This document shows positions 17,395 to 26,954 of a stretch of DNA of 32,000 bases, piece after piece. The first letter of the stretch is position 1, and each line of letters begins with the position of its first letter. The notes beneath the pieces were generated by a model. The model was given only the letters and a program-made list of their open reading frames with translations, did not search any database and was not told where the DNA came from. Source of the stretch: Caedibacter taeniospiralis (GTDB lineage: Bacteria > Pseudomonadota > Gammaproteobacteria > Francisellales > Francisellaceae); assembly GCF_002803295.2 (NCBI RefSeq), contig NZ_PGGB02000002.1:133222-165221 (forward strand), read 5' to 3'. The position numbers were made by a program, and so were the translations under genes.

Positions 17395-19614
17395 ATGAAT
17401 TCTTCTTTGACAACTGAGCAAGATTCCCTCCTCATATTTTTTGCAAACTGTGCCAAAGGCATCGAGCTTTTACTGAAAGAAGAGCTTTTAATGCTCGGTG
17501 TTACAGAGGCTCACGAGAAGCTTTCTGGTGTTGAATTTGTGGCAAGCCTGGGTGTTGCCTACAAAGTGTGCTTATGGTCGAGACTGGCGAACCAGGTACA
17601 TCGAAAATTACACAGTGCCAAATTTGAAAGTTCTGAGGACTTTTATAATGAGCTCTATGCTTTGCCATGGAGCAGCTATTTTGCTGTGGAAAAATCCATA
17701 AAAATAGAAGTTTCAGGCAAACATAGCGCCTTTAATAATACTCAGTTTGCGGCTCAAAAAGCCAAGGATGCCATTGTTGACTATTTCCGCGATCAAATGG
17801 AGGTTAGACCTGATGTGAGTCTTGATAACCCAGATATTGTGATTGCGATTCACTTTCAAAAAGGGATGATGATGAGTTATTTATCCCTTACCGGCGAGAG
17901 CTTGCATAAAAGAGGTTATCGCTTGGGACAAGGAGAAGCGCCCTTAAAAGAAACACTGGCTTCGGCGTTACTCATTAAAAGTGGCTGGCTTGATATGCTG
18001 CAAACTGATGAGCCTGTGTTGCTTGATCCTATGTGTGGCTCTGGGACTATTTTAATTGAAGCTGCGATGATGGCATATCAGATTGCGCCAAACTTGCGAC
18101 GTGAAACCTTCTGTTTTACGCACTGGCATGATTTTAATGCAAGCTTGTGGCAACAGCTGAAAACAGATACACACGCGCAGCAGATGGAAGGTTCGCAAAG
18201 ACAGAAGATTAAACTGGTTGGTTATGATTACGATGAAGAAATATTGCATAAGGCCAGGCAAAATATTCAGGCGGCTGGATTAAGTGATTATATTGAATTG
18301 GCATGCCAGGATATCAGAGATTTAACGAATAAGCCTGGTGTTAAAACGGGTTTGATACTTACTAATCCACCTTATGGCGAGCGCTTATACCACGCACAAC
18401 CCGAAAAGTTAAACCATTTATTTAGATGTTTTGGCAAGGCTTTAATCGAAGCATTTACAGGTTGGCGTGTTGCGATTTTTAGTGCCGCAAGCGAATCTGT
18501 AAAAGCTCTGGGATTAAGATCAAACAAGCAAAATAAATTTTTCAACGGCGCGCTGGAAACGGTGCTATACCAGTTTGAAGTAAGTGATGAATGGGTAATG
18601 AAACGTGAATCACCTACACAAAAACTAAAGCGTCAGGCAGCTAATGCTATTTTACAGGATGACGCTCATGAGGCATTTAAGAATCGCCTGACGAAGAATT
18701 ATCAACAATTACAGAAATGGGCGAAACAGCAGGATTTGGAGTGCTACCGCGTTTATGATGCTGATTTGCCAGAATATGCTGTAGCGATTGATTTGTATAA
18801 TACCCATGTGCACATACAGGAATATCAGATGGGTAAAGGTGTTGATGAGAAGCTGGCACAAAAGCGCTTGTTACAAGCCATTTATCATGTTGCAGAAGTA
18901 CTTAAGGTAAAGTATGACCATATTCATCTGAAGATAAGACAACGTCAAAGGGGGGTAAACCAATATGAAAAGCGGGCGACGACGAATACATTTCATGTAG
19001 TCAAAGAATATGGCGCCTTGTTCTATGTAAATTTTGATGATTATCTAGATACAGGTTTATTTTTAGATCACCGCAAAATGCGTCAGATTATTGCGAAGTC
19101 ATCACAGTATAAAACTTTGCTGAATCTGTTTGCTTATACCTGCAGCGCGAGCGTTGAAGCCGCATTGCAGGGTGCTAAAACGATCAGCGTTGATATGTCA
19201 AAAACGTATTTAGAGTGGGGAAAACGTAACTTTACCCTTAATAAGCTTGATCTGAATCAACATATATTTATTCAGGCAGATTGTTTGTCATGGTTAAAAG
19301 AAGCGGTGAAATCTGCTAAAACATTTGATGTGATCTTTTTAGATCCCCCAACCTTCTCCAATTCAAAGCGTATGCAGATGGTATTAGATATTCAGCAGGA
19401 TCACGTTGAGCTGATCGATTTGGCGATGCGGCTTTTAGCAAAAAATGGCATCCTTTATTTTTCCAATAACTATAGAAGGTTTAAGCTGGATGCTGACTTA
19501 TTGACAAGGTATAACTGTCAAAGTATCGATGATCAATGTTTGTCACGTGATTTCTTAAGGCGCCCCAATATTCACCATTGCTGGAGAATAGTAAAAATGG
19601 AAACCGTTTCATAG
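17395..19614 (+). CDS. rlmL: Bifunctional 23S rRNA (guanine-N2/N7) methyltransferase RlmKL
   Basis: THUMP region, LDPMCGSGTILIEAAMMAY, GLILTNPPYGERL, C-terminal methyltransferase LFAYTCSASVEAALQGAKTISVDMSKTYLEWGKRNF, VIFLDPPTFSNSKRM; 739 aa. Confidence 0.95.
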   Translation: MNSSLTTEQDSLLIFFANCAKGIELLLKEELLMLGVTEAHEKLSGVEFVASLGVAYKVCLWSRLANQVHRKLHSAKFESSEDFYNELYALPWSSYFAVEKSIKIEVSGKHSAFNNTQFAAQKAKDAIVDYFRDQMEVRPDVSLDNPDIVIAIHFQKGMMMSYLSLTGESLHKRGYRLGQGEAPLKETLASALLIKSGWLDMLQTDEPVLLDPMCGSGTILIEAAMMAYQIAPNLRRETFCFTHWHDFNASLWQQLKTDTHAQQMEGSQRQKIKLVGYDYDEEILHKARQNIQAAGLSDYIELACQDIRDLTNKPGVKTGLILTNPPYGERLYHAQPEKLNHLFRCFGKALIEAFTGWRVAIFSAASESVKALGLRSNKQNKFFNGALETVLYQFEVSDEWVMKRESPTQKLKRQAANAILQDDAHEAFKNRLTKNYQQLQKWAKQQDLECYRVYDADLPEYAVAIDLYNTHVHIQEYQMGKGVDEKLAQKRLLQAIYHVAEVLKVKYDHIHLKIRQRQRGVNQYEKRATTNTFHVVKEYGALFYVNFDDYLDTGLFLDHRKMRQIIAKSSQYKTLLNLFAYTCSASVEAALQGAKTISVDMSKTYLEWGKRNFTLNKLDLNQHIFIQADCLSWLKEAVKSAKTFDVIFLDPPTFSNSKRMQMVLDIQQDHVELIDLAMRLLAKNGILYFSNNYRRFKLDADLLTRYNCQSIDDQCLSRDFLRRPNIHHCWRIVKMETVS

Positions 19615-19688
19615 CATAAGATACAGCACTGCCCATTTTGTGGGCATATGAAACGCTAAGGGAGCTCCACCCTAATCGCATACTCCAG

Positions 19689-20582
19689 TTAGATTGTGAT
19701 ATAAACGTAAACCACATTGTCTTTAAAATGGTCTTTATAGTGCTTTAACAGCACTGCTTTTAAACTGCGAAGCTCTTGTGTTGGTAAAGCAGCTGGAAGT
19801 TTTAAGCGTAGGTCAGCGAATAGAAATCTTCCTGACTGTGTGATTTTTATATCCTGTAACGTTAGCTGATGGTTACTGCAAATGATATTAGCCGCATCAG
19901 TAAGTTTGTTTTTTAAATCGGGTTCAACCGAAGCGTCTAACAAGTTTAGTCCAGCTTCTTTTATGAGTTTTAAGGGTTTGATCGTAATGGCAATACCCAT
20001 GACAATGGCAATAATTGGATCGATATAGCTGGCCATATTGTGTAGATTAAAGAAAATAAGCACTAATGCAGTAGCAAGTGAAATATCGACCGAGGCGCTT
20101 AAGAGAGCATCTGCTTTCCAAAGCTCAGCATCCGCATGCAGAATTTTTGAACCTGTTTTTTTGGCAGCTCCTCTGACATATAGATACATAATGCCGCAGA
20201 CGAGTGTGCCACTAAAAGAGGCGATAATTGCGAAAATATAATTAGGCGTTATCGCGTGTGTGACAAGGTTGATAATAGCCATGATGATAACGCTTGCCGC
20301 GACGAGTAAAATAAAGCCAGCTTGTAATAAGACAAAAACGGGCTCTAAACGGTAGTAACCATAAGGGTAGCGTTTATTAGCTGGCTGGTTAATTTTCTTA
20401 ATGACGTACAGTGAAGCCGCATAAATCAGCAAAGTAATGACGGAATAGCCAACATCGAGTAAAACCGTTAAAGATTGCGCAAAATAAACGATGACCAGGC
20501 TAAATAGCACATAAACAATCGATAAAATAAAGTTGACCTGTAAGGTTTGGGTTTCAATTTTTTGTTTGTTTTCGGTAAACAT
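19689..20582 (-). CDS. Cation diffusion facilitator (CDF) family transporter
   Basis: Multi-TM protein with RYPYGYYRLEPVFVLLQAG, HADAELWKADALLSASVD, YIDPIIAIVMGI and a C-terminal cytoplasmic domain. Confidence 0.8.
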   Translation of the reverse strand: MFTENKQKIETQTLQVNFILSIVYVLFSLVIVYFAQSLTVLLDVGYSVITLLIYAASLYVIKKINQPANKRYPYGYYRLEPVFVLLQAGFILLVAASVIIMAIINLVTHAITPNYIFAIIASFSGTLVCGIMYLYVRGAAKKTGSKILHADAELWKADALLSASVDISLATALVLIFFNLHNMASYIDPIIAIVMGIAITIKPLKLIKEAGLNLLDASVEPDLKNKLTDAANIICSNHQLTLQDIKITQSGRFLFADLRLKLPAALPTQELRSLKAVLLKHYKDHFKDNVVYVYITI

Positions 20583-20875
20583 ACTTATATCCTAAGGGTG
20601 TTGTGTTAAAGCAATGTTGCTTTTGAAGTATCAGTGGTTGTAAAAATCGAGTAATGCTGGAACGCTAAGGATTTTTTAACAAATAGATGATGACTGAAAA
20701 CAGGAAACTATTATTAGCTTTGCAGCTTTGCATGAGTCGTGTAACTAAAATCACTCTAAGTAGCGCCATCCTAACAGATTTTCGCCAGGTTTGTAAGTGT
20801 TAAAAACGATGATAACGAATGGAAAATGGGGTATAGTGGCCTGCCTGTCTTGGTTTTGGTCCATTTCATTGAACC

Positions 20876-21379
20876 TTACTCAAAAACCTCTTTGATTGTA
20901 TCCATTGTCATAAACAGTTGATTATCTCTCAGCTCTAGAAAACCATATCGTTTGTAGAAATTCATTGCCTCTTTGTTTTTTGCGTCAACAACCACCGCAA
21001 TTGAACCTATTACAGAACTATTAACATAAGTACGAGTTAAAGCATTTACTAACAGCAGTTGACCATAACCTTTGCCTTTAGTCTCACTCTTAACAGCTAA
21101 GCGACCTAATAAGGTTGCAGGTAGATAGGGATATTTAGGCAACTTTTTTGCTATCACACCGTCAATACCAGATAGTTGATCCAAATGAATAATGGTTGAG
21201 GATAATGTATAATAACCAAGCAAAGACGAATCCTCTAACAGTACATATGTAGCACAAACATGACGCTTCATGTCCTGTTTGGCTTGCTTGAGTATGTAGT
21301 TGTTTAACGCTTCTTCCCCACAATCAAATTTAATGCCAGACATTTTTTGCTTTGTCAGCAACTCTATTGTTATTGCCAT
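20876..21379 (-). CDS. GNAT-family acetyltransferase toxin (TacT/AtaT-like)
   Basis: FDCGEEALNNYILKQAKQDMKRHVCATYVLLEDSSLLGYYTLS...LPKYPYLPATLLGRLAVKSETKGKGYGQLLLVNAL...FYKRYGF, paired with a DUF1778 gene 8 bp upstream. Confidence 0.88.
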   Translation of the reverse strand: MAITIELLTKQKMSGIKFDCGEEALNNYILKQAKQDMKRHVCATYVLLEDSSLLGYYTLSSTIIHLDQLSGIDGVIAKKLPKYPYLPATLLGRLAVKSETKGKGYGQLLLVNALTRTYVNSSVIGSIAVVVDAKNKEAMNFYKRYGFLELRDNQLFMTMDTIKEVFE

Positions 21380-21387
21380 TAATCAAC

Positions 21388-21657
21388 CTACTGTGACAAA
21401 ATATTTTTATGAGCTTGGTAAGCGCTTTTCAGCAGATCATTTGCCTTAGGAGGATTTTTTAATGCTTCAAAAAAATTCTCTTGCTGAGCTACAGTTAGTT
21501 TGATCAGGTTCTGCTCCGTTGTGACTTTCCTGGCAAAGCTCGTCATCGCTCTCATGCCAAATTCAGTGAGTGACACGCCCATTAGTTGAGCCGCTCTTTC
21601 AAAAATAGCCTTGCTATCTGCTGTAACCTTAAACTCTATTCGTGCTGTTTTACTCAT
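21388..21657 (-). CDS. DUF1778 (TacA/AtaR-like) ribbon-helix-helix antitoxin
   Basis: ARIEFKVTADSKAIFERAAQLMGVSLTEFGMRAMTSFARKV; 89 aa, immediately 5' of the GNAT gene. Confidence 0.88.
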   Translation of the reverse strand: MSKTARIEFKVTADSKAIFERAAQLMGVSLTEFGMRAMTSFARKVTTEQNLIKLTVAQQENFFEALKNPPKANDLLKSAYQAHKNILSQ

Positions 21658-21669
21658 TGTGTCACCATG

Positions 21670-21686
21670 TCCGTAATGTGTACGGA
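21670..21686. promoter_or_regulatory. Candidate TA operator palindrome
   Basis: TCCGTA-ATGTG-TACGGA centred ~20 nt upstream of the antitoxin ATG. Confidence 0.4.
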
Positions 21687-21924
21687 TATTTTAGTTTTCA
21701 ATAACTGATAAGTCAATCTCGTGCTAGAGTTCTCTGGAGGGTAAATAAACTATGCCTTAAAATGAGAAAAATCATCGCGTACAGAGAGCATTCTAAAACA
21801 TCCATCGACAGCACCTGTACTTTACGCTAGAATGCCGTGTCTTGAAATTGCAGATGAATAAGTTTGGCATTTTATAATTGACCGAATCTTGTTTTTGGCT
21901 TAGAATCCGCGCTTTGCATGAACT

Positions 21925-21952
21925 TTGACAGATTTGCAGCAACCTTTATAAA
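21925..21952 (+). promoter_or_regulatory. Sigma70-type promoter for rpmH-rnpA-yidD-yidC
   Basis: TTGACA (21925-21930), 16-nt spacer, TATAAA (21947-21952), followed by GAGGAT and ATG at 21974. Confidence 0.55.
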
Positions 21953-21973
21953 TATAAACTCGAGGATAGTACG

Positions 21974-22108
21974 ATGAAAAGAACGTTTCAACCAAGTAAC
22001 TTAAAAAGAAAAAGAACACACGGCTTTCGTGCCCGTATGAAGACATTAAGCGGACAAAAGGTGATTCGTAACAGACGTGCTAAGGGCAGACATAAGCTTG
22101 CCGCTTAA
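21974..22108 (+). CDS. rpmH: 50S ribosomal protein L34
   Basis: [44 protein letters not shown]; absent from the ORF track because it is short. Confidence 0.98.
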   Translation: MKRTFQPSNLKRKRTHGFRARMKTLSGQKVIRNRRAKGRHKLAA

Positions 22109-22439
22109 TTCATTAACAAAAGATCATATTCTAGAGGCCAAGGGTTTTTCCCTTGGCTTTTCGCGTATCTGCCACAAAGTTCATACTAAACACTTTTCCT
22201 ATCTGATTGCCAAAGGCTCTGATCTTAAAGCAAGTATTGGTGTAATTGTTGGCAAAAAAAAAGTAAAAAAAGCAGTGCAGCGCAATCTATGTCGCCGCTT
22301 GAACAAAGAAATGTTTCGTCAGCATAAGGATAAATTCGCGCAGACGATGTTGATTGTTATCGCTAACCATAACGCATCCAAGGCGACAAAGGAGGAATTA
22401 TGGCAGTCTATCAACGGATTTCTAAAGCAGTACGTCTAG
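22077..22439 (+). CDS. rnpA: Ribonuclease P protein component
   Basis: [31 protein letters not shown]; between rpmH and yidD. Start is GTG 22077 or possibly TTG 22098, both overlapping rpmH. Confidence 0.92.
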   Translation: MLRADISLPLNSLTKDHILEAKGFSLGFSRICHKVHTKHFSYLIAKGSDLKASIGVIVGKKKVKKAVQRNLCRRLNKEMFRQHKDKFAQTMLIVIANHNASKATKEELWQSINGFLKQYV

Positions 22440-22666
22440 CGTTTGCAATTCCTTTTATCTTTCTCATTCGATTTTATCAAATTGCGATCAGTCCGTTTTT
22501 AGGTACGCGCTGCCGCTTTTATCCAAGCTGCTCACAATATGCGCTTGAGTCAATTAAATTGCATGGTTTACTGATTGGGCTTTGGCTAATAACAAAAAGG
22601 CTGTTAAAATGCCACCCAGCTTGCCAAGGCGGCTATGATCCAGTTCCAAAGAAAGAAAAGGTTTAA
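22400..22666 (+). CDS. yidD: Membrane protein insertion efficiency factor YidD
   Basis: [34 protein letters not shown]...[20 protein letters not shown]; SD AAGGAGG. Confidence 0.96.
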   Translation: MAVYQRISKAVRLAFAIPFIFLIRFYQIAISPFLGTRCRFYPSCSQYALESIKLHGLLIGLWLITKRLLKCHPACQGGYDPVPKKEKV

Positions 22667-22670
22667 GTAG

Positions 22671-24347
22671 ATGAAGTCAAACTATATAAGAATATTCTTG
22701 ATTGCACTGATTGTCGTGATTTTTATGTCACTGACGGCACGCTGGGAGGAAATGTTTGTCCCAAAGCCAGCTAAAACAGAAAGTGGTGCGCAAAGTACGC
22801 AATTGGTTCAGCAGGAAAATAATGCACAAAATAAAGCCGTAGATACGGTAATAACCGATGTTACAAAACAAGATTTCTCAAATGCTGATGCTAAACCTAT
22901 TTCGTTAAACACCAGTGTTTTTGCGAACCTGGAAATCAGTCTGTTAAATGGTGCGATTATTAATGCTGAGCTTAAAGACTATGACGTGAGTCTTACGGAT
23001 AAACAGCCTATGCCGATGCTTAATAACAACGCAGGAACCAGGTATATTGCGCAAAGTGTCATCTATATCAATGATCAGCCGCAAAGTATTCTGTTTACTG
23101 AGCAGAGCGTGGTGAAAAAGGATAGTGAAACAGCGGTAACCTTAGCTGCAAAAGTACAAGGGTTGGAGGTTATACGCCAATATCATATTAACGATTTGAC
23201 TTATGCGATTACCGTTAAGCAAAGCGTGAAAAATACAACCAACACCCCAATAAGTGTGAGTTTTGATAATGAAATTACTCGGCAAGTGCCTCCTGAAACG
23301 CATAGCTTTAGTATTTTGGATGCGCATTCCTACTCTTTTCAAGGAGTTGGACTTTCGTCAAACCAGCGCACTTTCCAAAAAGAGTCATTTGCTGATTTAG
23401 CCAAATCAACTGCAGCGGTTAATGTGTCCACCAGTAAAGGCTGGGCTGCAATGATTCAACATTATTTTGTCAGTCTTTGGGTTCCCAGTAATCCAGGGAC
23501 AAGCTTCAGTGTCTACGCTAATAAGCTTGCGGAACACACCTATCAATCAGGCGTTAAAACACAAGCGGTGGTGTTAAGTGAGAATCAAAGTGTTGAAAAT
23601 GTAAATATTCTTTATACGGGTCCCACGATTACCAAAAACCTGGAGGCTATGGTCAAAGATTTTGGTGCCAATAAACCAGAAGGCTTAGATAAGCTGGTTG
23701 ATTATGGCATGCTGTCGTTTATCTCGGTGATTATTTTTTGGTTGATGACCCTGATTCACAGCGTGGTTGCCAACTGGGGGCTTGCGATTATTCTGGTTAC
23801 CGTGCTCATTAAAGTGTTATTTTATCCGTTATCGGCGAAAAGCTATAAGTCTATGGCTAAAATGCGCATGCTACAGCCGCGCATGAAAAAGCTGCAAGAG
23901 CTTTACAAAGGTGATCGCCAGAAACTTGGGCGTAAGATGATGGAGATGTACAAGGAAGAAAAGGTAAACCCAGCAAGTGGCTGTTTGCCCATCTTAGTAC
24001 AGATCCCCGTATTTATCGCGCTTTACTGGGTATTGCTGGAAAGTGTGCAATTGCGCCAGGCACCGTTTGTTTTCTGGATTAATGACTTAGCATCAAAAGA
24101 TCCGTATTTTATTCTGCCGATACTCATGGGTATTTCCATGTTCGTACAACAAAAACTCAGTCCAACGTCAGCAGACCCAACACAGGCCAAGATCATGATG
24201 TTGATGCCAGTGATATTCACCGTTTTCTTTGCGTCATTCCCATCTGGTCTGGTGCTATACTGGTTGACTAACAACGTCATCAGTATTGCACAGCAGTGGT
24301 ATATCACCAGGAAATACACAGCCATTTATAAAGCAAAGCGTGCGTAA
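22671..24347 (+). CDS. yidC: Membrane protein insertase YidC
   Basis: 558 aa, N-terminal TM plus large periplasmic domain, then NWGLAIILVTVLIKVLFYPLSAKSYKSMAKMRMLQPRMKKLQELY, PILVQIPVFIALYWVLLESVQLRQAPF. Confidence 0.98.
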   Translation: MKSNYIRIFLIALIVVIFMSLTARWEEMFVPKPAKTESGAQSTQLVQQENNAQNKAVDTVITDVTKQDFSNADAKPISLNTSVFANLEISLLNGAIINAELKDYDVSLTDKQPMPMLNNNAGTRYIAQSVIYINDQPQSILFTEQSVVKKDSETAVTLAAKVQGLEVIRQYHINDLTYAITVKQSVKNTTNTPISVSFDNEITRQVPPETHSFSILDAHSYSFQGVGLSSNQRTFQKESFADLAKSTAAVNVSTSKGWAAMIQHYFVSLWVPSNPGTSFSVYANKLAEHTYQSGVKTQAVVLSENQSVENVNILYTGPTITKNLEAMVKDFGANKPEGLDKLVDYGMLSFISVIIFWLMTLIHSVVANWGLAIILVTVLIKVLFYPLSAKSYKSMAKMRMLQPRMKKLQELYKGDRQKLGRKMMEMYKEEKVNPASGCLPILVQIPVFIALYWVLLESVQLRQAPFVFWINDLASKDPYFILPILMGISMFVQQKLSPTSADPTQAKIMMLMPVIFTVFFASFPSGLVLYWLTNNVISIAQQWYITRKYTAIYKAKRA

Positions 24348-24364
24348 CTACATACGAGTGTTTT

Positions 24365-24390
24365 TCACCCTCTTCGCCAACGAAGGGTGA
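24365..24390 (+). terminator. Terminator-like hairpin after yidC
   Basis: TCACCCtCTTCG-CCAA-CGAAG-GGTGA followed by TTTT. Confidence 0.55.
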
Positions 24391-24410
24391 TTTTCGGAAA
24401 GCTTGTCACT

Positions 24411-24508
24411 AATTCCCCTTCACCAGTGAAGGGGTGGCTGCTTGCCTGACCACTTTAAAGTGGTCAGGCGGGGTAGTTTTTAAAGCCCCACTTTACTTGT
24501 GAAGGTGG
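24411..24508. repeat. Second, rearranged copy of the CCCCTTCAC-palindrome repeat family between convergent yidC and parC
   Basis: AATTCCCCTTCACCAGTGAAGGGGTGG, then GCCTGACCACTTTAAAGTGGTCAGGC (perfect 26-bp palindrome, 24444-24469), then GGGGTAGT, then a degenerate core CCCCACTTTACTTGTGAAGGTGG (24486-24508). Confidence 0.75.
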
Positions 24509-24527
24509 CAGCGTCAAGCTTATCGCA

Positions 24528-26780
24528 TTATCCACAGGAAAGATCATCCACATTTTGGAATCCACGTGGCAGGATCTTACCACGGGAACCTCGGTTACCT
24601 TGATAATCTGCAAGCTCAGTAAAACTTAAGCGCATATGACGTTTACCTGAGTAAATCGTTAAGCTCTCGTGTCCTGCAACAGCGGCAATAAACTTAAGCT
24701 TCTCACCAGTTGCCAAGTGGCTTGGCATATTAATCAAACGGTTGCCTTTGCCCTTGGCTAAGGTCGGTAACTCGTGCTTTTGGACGGCAAGTAAACGCCC
24801 CTGGTTTGAGATCGCAATAATCAAGGTATTTTCATGCTCGTGTGCATTTACTGGTGGTACCATTTTGTCATCATCCAGCGTGATCACCTGCTTACCTGAG
24901 CGATTTTTGCTAATCAAATCATCAACCTTAGCTACAAAAGCATTACCAGCTGTTGATGCCAAAACGATCCGATCTTCTGTTTTAACGAATGTAATGGCAA
25001 TAATGGTTTCATTTTGTTCGAGTTTTAAATGTCCCGTGATGGGCTCGCCTTGACCTCGGGCTGAAGGAAGATCAGTACTTAGCAAACTATACACTTTACC
25101 TAAGTTTGAGAAGAATAAGCATGGCTGATTACTCTTACCCATGCTAGATATAAAGTAGCTATCCCCCGTTTTATAGCTTAAGCCCTCAACGTTGACCTCG
25201 TGCCCTTTTGCCACGCGAACCCAGCCTTGTTTTGACAGTACAACAGTGACACTTTCAACAGGTTGTAAATCCGCTTCTTTTAACGCTTTTGCTTCAGATC
25301 TTACGACTAAAGCTGATTTTCGCTGATCACCATGCTTTTGCCCAGCGGCTTTCAATTCTTTTTTAATTAAATTTTTCAATTTTGTTGGATTTTCCAAATA
25401 ACCCAAAATCTCATCGCGCTCTTTTTCAAGCTCATGTTTTTCCTTCTTAAGGGCTATTTCTTCAAGTTTGGCCAGATTGCGCAGGCGTAAGTTTAAGATG
25501 GCTTCAGCCTGTGCATCCGTAAGCTCAAAGCGTTTTTTTAAAGCTTCCTTCGGTTCATCCTCATAGCGGATAATCGCAATCACCTCATCAATATTCAAAA
25601 AAGCGATTAAAAAACCATCCAGAATATGCAAGCGCTCTAAAATTTTATCCAGGCGAAACTCCAAACGCTTGGTGGTGACCTCCGTTCTAAACACCAGCCA
25701 CTCTGTCAATATCTCCAATAACGACTTGACCTGTGGCTTACCGTTGATGCCAATCATATTCAAATTAACTCGATAGCTTTTCTCAAGATCGGTGGTTGCA
25801 AATAAGTGGCTCATTAGCACATTGGTATCGATGCGATTAGAGCGTGGAACAAGTACGATTCTCACCGGATCATTATGATCTGACTCATCACGAATATCGC
25901 TTAGCCAGGAGATTTTCTTGCCGTTTATCTGGGCTGCAATCTGCTCAATGACTTTAGCACTTGAAACCTGATGTGGCACTCGCGTGATAACGATATTGCC
26001 TTCTTCAACGTGGAAAACGGCACGTAAACGAATGCTGCCTGTTCCTGTTTCATAGATCTTTTTACGTTCTTCAAAGGGAGTAATCACCTCAGCACCCCCA
26101 GGATAATCAGGTCCTGGAATATGTGCCATTAAACCATCCAGATCAGGATCCTTGGTGCTTAATAAATATAAACATCCATCGACCACTTCTGTTAGATTAT
26201 GGGATGGAATATCGGTGGACATCCCGACTGCAATCCCCATGCTGCCGTTTAAAAGTACATTAGGCACCTGGGCTGGTAACATTTTGGGTTCTTGCAGTGT
26301 GCCATCAAAGTTTGGCGCCCAATCAACGGTACCAAGTTTCAATTCATTCAGCAGGACTTCTGAATATTTGGATAATCTTGATTCGGTGTAGCGCATCGCG
26401 GCAAATGATTTTGGATCATCGGGTGACCCCCAGTTACCCTGTCCATCGACTAGAGTGTAGCGATAAGAGAAATCCTGCGCCATGAGCACCATTGCCTCAT
26501 AACAGGCGCTATCGCCATGGGGATGATATTTACCTAAAACATCACCCACGGTGCGCGCAGATTTTTTGTGTTTACTTAAGGCTGATAATCCGATTTCACT
26601 CATCGCATAGATAATTCTGCGCTGCACGGGCTTAAGTCCGTCACCGATATGAGGTAATGCGCGATCTAAAATGACATACATCGAATAATTTAAATAAGCC
26701 TGACGACTAAATGCGCTAATCGTCTGCTTTTCGTTATTCTCAAAAGAAAGACTTAGTTGATCCATAAACTTAAAAATCAA
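24528..26780 (-). CDS. parC: DNA topoisomerase IV subunit A
   Basis: [59 protein letters not shown]; 750 aa (GyrA paralogues are longer with a GyrA box). Start possibly 26765. Confidence 0.92.
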   Translation of the reverse strand: MIFKFMDQLSLSFENNEKQTISAFSRQAYLNYSMYVILDRALPHIGDGLKPVQRRIIYAMSEIGLSALSKHKKSARTVGDVLGKYHPHGDSACYEAMVLMAQDFSYRYTLVDGQGNWGSPDDPKSFAAMRYTESRLSKYSEVLLNELKLGTVDWAPNFDGTLQEPKMLPAQVPNVLLNGSMGIAVGMSTDIPSHNLTEVVDGCLYLLSTKDPDLDGLMAHIPGPDYPGGAEVITPFEERKKIYETGTGSIRLRAVFHVEEGNIVITRVPHQVSSAKVIEQIAAQINGKKISWLSDIRDESDHNDPVRIVLVPRSNRIDTNVLMSHLFATTDLEKSYRVNLNMIGINGKPQVKSLLEILTEWLVFRTEVTTKRLEFRLDKILERLHILDGFLIAFLNIDEVIAIIRYEDEPKEALKKRFELTDAQAEAILNLRLRNLAKLEEIALKKEKHELEKERDEILGYLENPTKLKNLIKKELKAAGQKHGDQRKSALVVRSEAKALKEADLQPVESVTVVLSKQGWVRVAKGHEVNVEGLSYKTGDSYFISSMGKSNQPCLFFSNLGKVYSLLSTDLPSARGQGEPITGHLKLEQNETIIAITFVKTEDRIVLASTAGNAFVAKVDDLISKNRSGKQVITLDDDKMVPPVNAHEHENTLIIAISNQGRLLAVQKHELPTLAKGKGNRLINMPSHLATGEKLKFIAAVAGHESLTIYSGKRHMRLSFTELADYQGNRGSRGKILPRGFQNVDDLSCG

Positions 26781-26954
26781 GACTCATTGAACTCGCCACA
26801 TCATAACAAATGATCGCCTGATGGTCACGGGCGATTTTGGTAAGTGAAAGAGCCTGGCATTGGGGTATATGCTTTGTACATCAAATCGTTCTTGTCAATG
26901 ATTAGCATCGTGTTACCATATGCTTTCATTGACACTACAACCCCAAGATGATTC

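Noticed and set aside
20583-20875. Possible degraded gene between CDF transporter and GNAT toxin
   Set aside because: Scanned by eye and found no recognisable coding remnant; could not support a pseudogene call.
24528-24536. Perfect DnaA box TTATCCACA, suggesting oriC near yidC/rpmH
   Set aside because: A single box at the very 3' end of parC with no cluster, AT-rich unwinding region or dnaA/dnaN nearby; insufficient for an origin call.
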